Part shown: positions 1-7,404 of the stretch, one piece after another
Layout of the letters: each line of letters starts with the position of its first letter
Numbering within the stretch: position 1 is the first letter of the stretch
Assembly (NCBI GenBank): GCA_038999435.1
Contig: JAVZYR010000008.1
Coordinates: 1 to 23,671, forward strand
From: Candidatus Aenigmatarchaeota archaeon
Lineage (GTDB): Archaea > Aenigmatarchaeota > Aenigmatarchaeia > QMZP01
Length of the DNA: 23,671 bases
Direction of reading: 5' to 3'
Notes under the pieces: model-generated
The model's input: the letters and a program-made list of their open reading frames with translations, nothing else
The model's database searches: none
What the model was told of the DNA's origin: nothing
Made by a program: the position numbers and the translations under genes

Positions 1-322
1 CGTTCCGTCGCCGTACTAGTTCGCTATCGGTCTCAGAGTGTATTTAGAATTGGAGGTTATTGTCCCCCATCTTCCTACCGGATTTCCAACCGGCAGTACT
101 CTGGAGACTTGGTATCAACCTTCTGCTGTTCTCCTACGGGGCTATCACCCTCTATGGCCAGGCTTTCCAGCCCAGTTCGGATTGAGCAGTTAGGATGAGC
201 CCAAGTCCATCTCCACATCCCTATGCAATTTCTTGCACAGGTTCGGTTTGTTCTATGCCCTTTTCGATCGCCTTTACTCAGGGCATCCCGATTGGTTTCT
301 TTTCCTGCGGGTACTAAGATGT

Positions 323-532
323 TTCCTGCCAACCCTTTCTATATTTTATTGCAAGAAAGAAAGGCCTTGGAAGCGGTTAGCTCCTTCACAAAGTCAGACA
401 TCATTCAGAGCATTTATGCGCTGTGCGCGTCTGGCTTTGTGTTTCCGCGAGCGCTTTCTTCTTGAAAGAGCTCTTGGAAGCGGTTAGCTCCTTCTTTCCG
501 TTAACGCTTTCTTCTTGAAAGAAAGGGTTAGT
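323..532 (-). other. 210-nt BHB-type intron in 23S rRNA (no credible ORF, repeat-filled)
   Basis: Removal restores GGAACUGAA-ACAUCUUAG. Terminal stem aaccctttct (331-340) pairs with agaaagggtt (520-529); two AA|A bulges flank an imperfect ACUG/CAGG helix. Confidence 0.88.
369..527 (-). repeat. Intron-resident modular hairpin repeat, units 1-2
   Basis: cgctttcttcttgaaag at 452-468 and 505-521; ggaagcggttagctcc at 369-384 and 476-491. Confidence 0.9.
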
Positions 533-918
533 TTCAGTTCCCCGCGTACCCATCAGAAGACCTGATGCCAAGGGTTTTCCTTGGCAGGAAGTCCCATTCG
601 GGCATCCTGGGTTCAAAGCCTGCATGCGGCTACCCCAGGCTTTTCGCAGCTTGCCACGCCCTTCTTCGGCGTCTGAGCCAAGCTATCCACCATGCAGCGT
701 AGCAGTCCCTGCTTTCAAGCAATAGTTTCCTATTGCTATGTATATCAGGGTCCTCACCTTCTCTTCATTTGCACTAAGCATCACGGCTCTATGGGGTTCA
801 CTTCCTCATCCCTATACCAGGTCGGATGACAGTTCTCGATTCATCGCCTTATTCCCCCTTTATCGCCAGATAAAGAGGTTCACAGAGGCTATGAGTATGG
901 CGAGTGCTCATAGCCAAA

Positions 919-1009
919 TGGACCGGGTGGGATGTTCAGTGCAAACGCACTTTTGAACCCACGGCCTCCTGCTTGCAAGGCAGGCGATCTTCCGCTGATC
1001 TACCGGCCC
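919..1009 (-). tRNA. tRNA-Ala(UGC) in the 16S-23S spacer, with a 19-nt T-loop intron
   Basis: Acceptor GGGCCGG/CCGGUCC with G3.U70 and A73; anticodon arm CCUGC-CU-UGC-AA-GCAGG; CCA not encoded. Confidence 0.95.
933..951 (-). other. 19-nt tRNA-Ala intron at position 59/60
   Basis: Canonical BHB: UUCA/UGAA helix, bulges AA|A and CA|U, inner stem GUGC/GCAC. Splicing restores UUCAAAU. Confidence 0.92.
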
Positions 1010-1015
1010 ATGAAA

Positions 1016-1039
1016 AGGCAGACCTTTTTATGATGAAAA
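1016..1039 (-). other. 3' arm of the pre-16S processing stem (BHB)
   Basis: Pairs with 2784-2807: 11-bp AGGCAGACCUU/AAGGUCUGCCU, AAA bulge, GUGA/UCAU 4-bp helix, AAU bulge. Confidence 0.85.
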
Positions 1040-1081
1040 AAGGAGGTGATCCAGCCGCACGTTCCCGTACGGCTACCTTGT

Positions 1082-1183
1082 TTGTCGAGTAGAGAGATGT
1101 CTCTCCTATCATTTCTGTAGGTTCAGTGTCAAGCCTTGGATTATTCTACATCCCTACAGATCTATCTGCCCATCTCACCACTT
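1082..1183 (-). ncRNA. 102-nt BHB intron in 16S (E. coli 1499/1500), putative box C/D guide RNA
   Basis: Canonical BHB: GUCG/CGAC helix, bulges UA|A and AA|A, inner stem AGUGG/CUACU; splicing restores AAGUCGUAACAAGG. Contains two segments antisense to the host 16S, each 1 nt upstream of a D-like box. The intron call is firm, the guide function is inferred. Confidence 0.85.
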
Positions 1184-1859
1184 TACGACTTAGCCCTTCT
1201 CGCAGGGACCTGGCTCGATTCTGGCAATAACCAAAAGCTCGCCAGGTCCCCACTCGGCTGGCTTGACGGGCAGTGTGTGCAAGGAGCAGGAACATATTCG
1301 CCGCTAGATGATGACCAGCGACTACTAGGGATTTCGGCTTCACGAGGGCGGGTTTCAGCCCTCGATCCGAATTGAGACCGGGTTTAGGGATTGGCTTCCC
1401 CTTTCGGGGTTGCAGCCCATTGTCCCGGCCATTGTAGGCCGCGTGTAACCCAGGGGATTCAGGGCATACGGACCTGCCGTCGACCGCTCCTTCCTCCCAG
1501 TCATCCCGGGCAGTCCCCTATGAGTGCTTGGCTCGAAAGCCAATAGCAACATAGGGCGCGGGTCTCGCTCGTTACCTGACTTAACAGGACACCTCACGGC
1601 ACGAGCTGACGACGGCCATGCACCACTTCTGAGCGTGTCTGGTAAGGTCTTCAGCCTGACCTTCATTCTGCTCTCGCCCCTGGTAAGGTTCCCCGCGTTG
1701 TGTCGAATTGAACCGCAGCCTCCACCCCTTGTGTGCTCCCCCGCCAATTCCCTTAAGTTTCAACCTTGCGGCCGTACTCCCCAGGCGGCCCACTTAACGG
1801 TTTCCCTTCGACCCTAGCAACCCCCTTAAGGCTGCTAGAATCCAGTGGGCATTGTTTAC

Positions 1860-1907
<48 letters not shown>

Positions 1908-1976
1908 TCCCTCACCGTCGGATCCGTTCTAGTGCAGTGCCTTCGCCATAGGTGGTCCTCTCAGGATTAACGCATT

Positions 1977-2095
1977 CTCGGTCCTTCTTTACGAATTTGT
2001 GCAAGCGAAAGCTGCCGTAAAGAAAGGCAGTAAAGCCTGCATATTTCTTTCGCAAGCGTTTCTTTGTGCAAGCGAAAGCTGCCGTAAAGAAAGGC
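1977..2095 (-). other. 119-nt BHB intron in 16S (E. coli 694/695)
   Basis: CGGU/ACCG helix, bulges AA|G and AG|A, inner stem CCUU/AAGG; splicing restores GCGGUAAAAUGCG. Contains an exact 33-nt direct repeat (1996-2028, 2063-2095). Confidence 0.9.
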
Positions 2096-2783
2096 TTACC
2101 GCTACCCTGAGAATACCCTGCACCTCTCCCGGTCCCAAGTCCTGCAGTATCTCTAACAAGCCCCACAGTTGACTGTGGGATTTCATTAGAGACTTACAGA
2201 ACCGGCTACGAACACTTTAAGCCCAATAATCGTGGTCACCACTCGGGGCGCGGGTATTACCGCGGCGGCTGGCACCCGTCTTGCCCACCCCTTATTCGCC
2301 GAGCTTTTTAAACTCGACAAAAGCCCCTACCGAAGTAAGGGCACTCCGAATCCCTCCGTCGCGCTTGCGCGCATTGCGGAATTTTCGCGCCTGCTGCGTC
2401 CCGTAGGACCTGGATTCTTGTCTCAGAATCCATCTCCAGGCTCCCTCTGTCAAGGCCCGTACCCGTTATAGGCTTGCCAGGACATTACCCTGGCAACAAC
2501 CTGATAGGCCGCAGTCTCATCCTCAGTTCAGTCAGGGCGCAATCTGTAAGCTTTAAAAAATTCATAAAGCCTATTCCAGCCTCCCTGACCTATCCGGTCC
2601 TCGGCCTCAGTTTCCCGAGATTGGACCGGGCCTGAGGGTAGATTGACTACGTGTTACTGAGCCGTTTGCCTTGCAGTCCTAGAAACTAGAACCACAAGAC
2701 TCGCATGGCTTAGCCGGATTCGGATAGCAGTGACCTCCGGCGGGATCAACCGGAATGAAATTGGCGGTTGCTCCTTGTTTTTG

Positions 2784-2807
2784 TCTCCAATTTCACAAGG
2801 TCTGCCT
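2784..2807 (-). other. 5' arm of the pre-16S processing stem (BHB)
   Basis: Complementary to 1016-1039 with BHB geometry. Confidence 0.85.
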
Positions 2808-3008
2808 GCATCAAACCTAATCCTGCGTTTAAGTTCTCATAATCAGTCATCATTAGTCGCCTAATTCGCAATAATATTTAAGATTCACTGCTTTTTAAAG
2901 CTTATCTATTAAATTAAATGTACGAGGTTATATATAAAGTTTTGCTACTATAAAGTTAAAAAAATGTTCTATTATCAACTCAAAATCTCACAGAACCTAA
3001 TTATAATT

Positions 3009-3551
3009 ATGAAGATATTCGACAGAGGTTTTAGAGAAATCATATCATCAGAGGTCGTGTCCATAATTGGTGGGCTGATTGCTGGTACATCATTGGCTGT
3101 GCTAACGGATAAAATACTTCTTTTGCCAGGCATGCTGATACTCCTTCCTGGTTTTTTTGAGATGAGAGGTAACATCAGCGGCTCCCTTTCAGCAAGGCTC
3201 AGTTCAGGTCTTTTCTTAGGTGTAATTAATGCTGAAAAACCAAGAGGGAATATTGTAAAGAGCAACATCATCGCCTCTTTTTTACTTGCACTTCTTATTG
3301 CTTTTTTGCTCGGTTGTGTAGCATCGCTTTTTAGTTTTGTTTTCTTTGGAATTGTAACAATTGAAATCATCATAATATCTCTGATTGCTGTGCTCATATC
3401 AAATGCGATAGAAATCCCGCTTGCTGTTTTTGTAACTTTTTATCTTTTCAGAAAAGGTCATGATCCAAACAACATCATGGGCCCGTTTGTCACATCAACA
3501 GGAGATATCATAAGTGTAATTTCATTGTTGGCAGCAATTTTGCTCGTATGA
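3009..3551 (+). CDS. MgtE-family (SLC41-like) divalent cation transporter, membrane domain
   Basis: LPGFFEMRGNISGSLSARLSSGL and GHDPNNIMGPFVTSTGD motifs; hydrophobic helices. Start placed at ATG 3009. Confidence 0.85.
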   Translation: MKIFDRGFREIISSEVVSIIGGLIAGTSLAVLTDKILLLPGMLILLPGFFEMRGNISGSLSARLSSGLFLGVINAEKPRGNIVKSNIIASFLLALLIAFLLGCVASLFSFVFFGIVTIEIIIISLIAVLISNAIEIPLAVFVTFYLFRKGHDPNNIMGPFVTSTGDIISVISLLAAILLV

Positions 3552-4240
3552 AAATAAGAATAAGATATCTGAAAAAGATTGCAAAGTTGAAGAGAAAGAG
3601 GTATCATCCTCTACTGCACAAGATTCATAAAGAATATAAAATATCGCGAAAGACATTGCTTTACATCAAGGAATATGGACCAAGGAGCAGTGCCATAAAG
3701 AATATCATTAAAGAAAGCTTTTCTGTGCTGATTTTCGCATCGATTATCAGCTCAGTAGGTGGTCTTGCACTTGAGAATATAAAGGCACTTTTTATCTCTA
3801 TTATCCCTTTAATCATACTTCTTCCTGCATTGAATGATATGATTGGCGATTTTGGCACAATCATCGCAGCACGCTTCTCAACTTTGCTACATGAAGAAAG
3901 GATAAGTAAAAAATGGTGGAAAGATGCTGATGCAAAAAAGCTCTTTTGCCAAGTATACATAGCTGCAATGATCACAGCTATTTTATGTTTTGTTTCTGCT
4001 ATTGTAATCTCAGTATATTCAGGTTATGTAGATTATATTATGGCAACAAAAATATTTTTCATAACAATTATAGATGTTATGGCCCTTGTGAGCATCATAT
4101 TTGCAATCTCAGTTGTAGCAGGATTATATTTTTATAGGAAACAAGAAGACCCTAACAATTTTCTTATACCAATATCAACATCCATTGCCGATTTTGGAAA
4201 CATGCTCATACTTTCTTTACTTGTTCTTATTTTCTTTTAG
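3548..4240 (+). CDS. MgtE-family transporter, second membrane-domain subunit
   Basis: LPALNDMIGDFGTIIAAR and DPNNFLIPISTSIAD motifs; ATGA overlap with the upstream paralogue. Confidence 0.85.
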   Translation: MKIRIRYLKKIAKLKRKRYHPLLHKIHKEYKISRKTLLYIKEYGPRSSAIKNIIKESFSVLIFASIISSVGGLALENIKALFISIIPLIILLPALNDMIGDFGTIIAARFSTLLHEERISKKWWKDADAKKLFCQVYIAAMITAILCFVSAIVISVYSGYVDYIMATKIFFITIIDVMALVSIIFAISVVAGLYFYRKQEDPNNFLIPISTSIADFGNMLILSLLVLIFF

Positions 4241-4793
4241 TGTATATTTTTGCAAAAAGACCAGCAGGGTAATTTTTTATCACAAGTCCTTCTCCTTTCC
4301 CATCAATTGCATAAGGACTCTTTTTCTCCAGTAAATGCTTTACAATATTCTCATCAACAGGACCCTTATGCAAAACATCCAATATTATTACATCAGGCAC
4401 ACCTTCAATCCTTTTTGTAGCCTCTTCATAGTTTAACCAACCATCATCCCACACATCAAGCAGAAATAGCTTGTTGAGAAATTCTGGCTTATAATCTATT
4501 TTCCTATTTTCGCGATTTGTGAGAAGCTCAAAAAAATAAACACCATCTTCCAGTTTTTCTAGAGATTGATAGTTATTCCAAAAAATCTTTTCAAGCACAC
4601 CCGCTATGTTTGTTTTTTTCATGCTTTTTGAAAGCCTTCCTGAGCGAAGACCTCTCGAAAGATATTTTCCACTCTTTTTTATCATGCAATTTATCCCATC
4701 TATCTTTTCAAAGATGTACGCATTCTCAAATAGTCGCATCTTTTCTGATTCAGACATCTTACTGAGATATGGTATGTGAGGATATTTTCTCAT
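4227..4793 (-). CDS. ATP-dependent RNA ligase-family protein (adenylyltransferase domain only)
   Basis: Nucleotidyltransferase motifs I (FEKIDGIN), III (YFFE), IIIa (FLLDV), IV (EGLVIK), V (AKI); N-terminal KYPHIPYL. Confidence 0.8.
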   Translation of the reverse strand: MRKYPHIPYLSKMSESEKMRLFENAYIFEKIDGINCMIKKSGKYLSRGLRSGRLSKSMKKTNIAGVLEKIFWNNYQSLEKLEDGVYFFELLTNRENRKIDYKPEFLNKLFLLDVWDDGWLNYEEATKRIEGVPDVIILDVLHKGPVDENIVKHLLEKKSPYAIDGKGEGLVIKNYPAGLFAKIYTKRK

Positions 4794-4796
4794 ATT

Positions 4797-5240
4797 TCAT
4801 GCATTGCATTTTAAAATTTTAATTCTATTCTCAAGCACTCTGTATTCGGGAAGTTTGAGCATTTCATGTATGGTATTCGATATATGCGCATCCTCTGTCA
4901 TGACATTTACGCTGTAATCTTTTTTAGCCATATGCAGTGCTGCAGCAATCACTTCAAGGTCAGGTTTTGAGATGGGATCCCTTGTTCTCTTTTTTTCTGT
5001 TGCGCTAGCAAGCCATGTCCAGTATGCATCGTATCTTATATCATCATTTTCACAAGTAATTGGTTTAATGCCTTTATAGACATCAGATGTTATCTCTCTT
5101 TGTTTTCCTCTGTATATATTGTAATGCCTTTCAATCTCTTCCATGATGCCAGGAGTAGCATAACCACTAATTCTAGCACCATTCTTTGATGCTGATATGG
5201 CAGCAGATGTGTCTATTAGATTTATCATTTTAATCACCAA
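4797..5240 (-). CDS. PIN-domain ribonuclease (VapC/Nob1-like, no Zn ribbon)
   Basis: Acidic PIN motifs LIDTSA, TPGIMEEI, ISKPDLEVIAAA, VMTEDAHI. Confidence 0.75.
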   Translation of the reverse strand: MVIKMINLIDTSAAISASKNGARISGYATPGIMEEIERHYNIYRGKQREITSDVYKGIKPITCENDDIRYDAYWTWLASATEKKRTRDPISKPDLEVIAAALHMAKKDYSVNVMTEDAHISNTIHEMLKLPEYRVLENRIKILKCNA

Positions 5241-5310
5241 TAAATAGTTAAAATTAAGATTTAAAAAGCTTTCTGAATAACCTCTAAAAAGTAATAAATT
5301 GGCCCTTTGA

Positions 5311-5940
5311 TTATTTAAGCACTTTTCCAGTTTTTATATACCATAGATATAAATCAAGTTCTGCCAGGCTCAGACCAATCTTTTTTGCAAGCCTCTCAAG
5401 CCTTGTCTCATAATCAAGATAAAGGCTTCTGCTCAGCTGTCGTGGAATGCCTGGTATCAGTTTGCATTCTGCCATGATACGAAGTATATGCCTGTCAAGT
5501 ATAGCAAAGTCTTTATAGCCTACATTTCTCAAAAAATGGCTTGCCTCTTTCCATCCTATGCCCTTTACATGTCTTACAAGCCATTCTCTTGCTGTCTTTG
5601 GCTTCTTCTCAATGATGATATCTTTTATATTTAGCCATTGTCGTGCCTCAGCAATGAACCGAGCCCTTGTGACTGGAAAACGATATCCAAGCCGTTTTAG
5701 TTTCTCTGCAAGTACATCTTCAGGCAGATAAATAAAGCCTTTGCCTATCATTGATTGTATCTTCATACCAAGCCCTGCAGAGCAGTTCGCTGTTAGGATG
5801 CAAAAACACAGCTCTGAAAACCACATTTCATTACCCTTTTGTCCAAGCCTTTCAAATTCCTTAATCCTTTGTCTTACCTTTTGCCCAACTTCACTGCGTT
5901 TTAATTCCTCAATCCGTGAAAAAAGTTGTCTAACTTTCAT
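5311..5940 (-). CDS. ogg: 8-oxoguanine N-glycosylase/DNA lyase (Ogg2 type)
   Basis: FSELCFCILTAN, HhH motif VKGIGWKEASHFLRNVG, AILDRHILR, LDLYLWY. True start ATG 5940, because the upstream in-frame sequence is tRNA-His. Confidence 0.92.
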   Translation of the reverse strand: MKVRQLFSRIEELKRSEVGQKVRQRIKEFERLGQKGNEMWFSELCFCILTANCSAGLGMKIQSMIGKGFIYLPEDVLAEKLKRLGYRFPVTRARFIAEARQWLNIKDIIIEKKPKTAREWLVRHVKGIGWKEASHFLRNVGYKDFAILDRHILRIMAECKLIPGIPRQLSRSLYLDYETRLERLAKKIGLSLAELDLYLWYIKTGKVLK

Positions 5941-5955
5941 GGGCCGCAGCTGGGA

Positions 5956-6044
5956 TTTTCGTGGAAGCGTTAGCTCTTGCTCGCACGTTTTTTTTTTGCC
6001 TAAAGCGTGCCTGCGAGCGCTTTCTTCTTGAAAGAAAGGGCTCA
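5956..6044 (-). other. 89-nt T-loop (59/60) intron of tRNA-His, containing one repeat unit
   Basis: UUCG/CGAA helix with AA|U at both junctions; splicing restores UUCGAAU. Confidence 0.85.
5963..6040 (-). repeat. Intron-resident modular hairpin repeat, unit 3
   Basis: cgctttcttcttgaaag at 6018-6034; ggaagcgttagctc at 5963-5976. Confidence 0.9.
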
Positions 6045-6065
6045 TTCGAACCCAGACCAAGGGCT

Positions 6066-6079
6066 TTCTGCTTTCCTAT
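6066..6079 (-). other. 14-nt canonical-position (37/38) intron of tRNA-His
   Basis: CUGU/GCAG helix, junctions GG|A and AA|A (bulge-helix-loop form). Confidence 0.85.
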
Positions 6080-6161
6080 CCACAGGCCCGTATGCTACCA
6101 TTACACCACTGCGGCCATGTTTTATATTTGTTGCTTTATTTTATAATCCGAAAAATTATAT

Positions 6162-7007
6162 ATGAAAATTTTCAATATTTTATTTGCGCTAATGTTAATA
6201 GTCTTGTTCGGCTTTTGCATAAATCTCTATCTTGAATTAGAGCAAAAAGAAATAGAAATACAAAAGGTCTGGTCAGAAAATCAGGAGCTACAGCTTAAGA
6301 TTTCCAAAATTAATTTGGAGATCGAAAGTATGACTGCATTTGTTAAAAACCTAACCACACATGAAAGGGCAGAACTAAAAAATATCAGTTGGGACGAACT
6401 TAAAGGATTTTTGAGACTTGACAAAACAAATGAACTTGTTTATAACGAAGATAGATTTGATTGCACAGGCTTTGCTTTGAAATTATATGAGAATGCGAGA
6501 CTGCTTGGCATAAAATCAGGCTTTGTTGAGGTAGAATTTGAGAATGAAAGTTATGGCCATATCCTCAATGCATTTCAAACTGATAAAGGCATCATATTCA
6601 TAGATGTGACAGGAAATGAGAATGGCACAGGCACTGACAAGGTTGCTTATATACAGATAGGAAAAGCATATGGAGTTATAGATATTGGTAGCCTTAAAGA
6701 AAGATTAGCAAAATGTGATGTATCCTGTGAGAGCATGGCCAAAGGACTTTCATACATCGAGTTGTATGATGTTTTCAGTTATACCTATTTTGAAAAATAC
6801 TATGAGTGCGTAGAATTTTATGAGAAATGTGTAGATGTTTACAATGCTGAAGTGGAAAAGTACAACAGAGGCAAGAGCAGCTATAGTTATAAAGAGTTAA
6901 AGACATGGTATGATAGCATAGATGCCCTTGAGATGATGCTTTTTAGGGAAAACATCTCAACAGCATCAAAGGGATCTGTTGTGAAAAAGCTTAATATTTA
7001 TTGGTAA
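6162..7007 (+). CDS. Membrane-anchored coiled-coil protein with a transglutaminase/papain-like domain
   Basis: N-terminal TM helix, coiled coil, FDCTGFA...GHILN...FIDVT Cys-His-Asp pattern. Confidence 0.6.
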   Translation: MKIFNILFALMLIVLFGFCINLYLELEQKEIEIQKVWSENQELQLKISKINLEIESMTAFVKNLTTHERAELKNISWDELKGFLRLDKTNELVYNEDRFDCTGFALKLYENARLLGIKSGFVEVEFENESYGHILNAFQTDKGIIFIDVTGNENGTGTDKVAYIQIGKAYGVIDIGSLKERLAKCDVSCESMAKGLSYIELYDVFSYTYFEKYYECVEFYEKCVDVYNAEVEKYNRGKSSYSYKELKTWYDSIDALEMMLFRENISTASKGSVVKKLNIYW

Positions 7008-7021
7008 TGCGGGGGGTAGGA

Positions 7022-7327
7022 TTCTCTCTGGAAACCCTCAAGGTTTCCAGCCATCCGGGAGCTGTTTCGCTTCGCTCCACAACGCTTCCGGAAGCGTGAG
7101 AGTGGAAGCAGTAAGCTCCCTCTTGCTCGCACGCTTTTTGCCAAAGCGTGCCTGCGAGCGCTTTCTTCTTGAAAGAAAGGCTCTGAAATCGGAAGCGGTC
7201 AGCTCCTTCACAAAGTCAGACATCATTCAGAGCATTTATGCTCGGTGCGCGTCTGGCTTTGTGTTGCTCGCACGCTTTTTGCCTAAAGCGTGCCCGCGAG
7301 CGCTTTCTTCTTGAAAGAAAGGGCTCA
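7022..7327 (-). other. 306-nt T-loop (59/60) intron of tRNA-Leu with two repeat units plus extra hairpins
   Basis: Removal restores UUCGAAU; relaxed motif UUCG/AGAG; first 32 nt identical to the tRNA-His T-loop intron. Confidence 0.82.
7104..7323 (-). repeat. Intron-resident modular hairpin repeat, units 4-5
   Basis: cgctttcttcttgaaag at 7159-7175 and 7301-7317; 7191-7265 matches 369-443 at 72/75 nt. Confidence 0.9.
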
Positions 7328-7361
7328 TTCGAACCTACGAAAGCGCCTAAGCGCACAGGAT

Positions 7362-7404
7362 TTCTTCATGCACTGCATAATGCAGCTTTCAGCACTTAAG
7401 AATG
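7362..7404 (-). ncRNA. 43-nt anticodon intron of tRNA-Leu, putative box C/D guide for U34
   Basis: Order: UCUUAAGU (antisense to own anticodon loop), G, CUGA, hairpin GCUGCAU/AUGCAGU, AUGAAGA. Confidence 0.8.

Larger units (their letters stand above)
1..709 (-). rRNA. rrl: 23S rRNA, 5' part (runs off the window start), interrupted by one intron
   Basis: Reverse complement has conserved archaeal 23S motifs (GGUGGAUAGCUUGGCUC, GGGGAACUGAA|ACAUCUUAGUACCC, GAGACCGAUAGCGAACUAGUAC). The 5' end is approximate. Confidence 0.95.
5942..6116 (-). tRNA. tRNA-His(GUG) with two introns (37/38 and 59/60)
   Basis: Encoded G-1 (6116), acceptor GCCGCAG/CUGCGGC, C73; anticodon GUG at 6083-6081; T stem CUGGG/CCCAG. 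Confidence 0.92.

Noticed and set aside
393..410. CUGAAUGAUGUCUGA in the repeat cargo as a hammerhead core or C/D guide
   Set aside because: It does not fit CUGANGA...GAAA, the box spacing is too tight, and the upstream sequence is a self-hairpin with no target that I could see.
933..951. tRNA-Ala intron as a C/D guide (GUUUGCA-CUGA)
   Set aside because: CUGA is explained by the BHB helix, there is no box C, and the 7-bp match is locked in the intron stem.
5941..6060. 40-aa N-terminal extension of ogg
   Set aside because: It is the tRNA-His 3' half and intron read in frame; the recognisable protein starts at 5940.
7038..7314. 62-aa and 72-aa ORFs inside the tRNA-Leu intron
   Set aside because: Translations of palindromic repeat DNA, with no recognisable motif.
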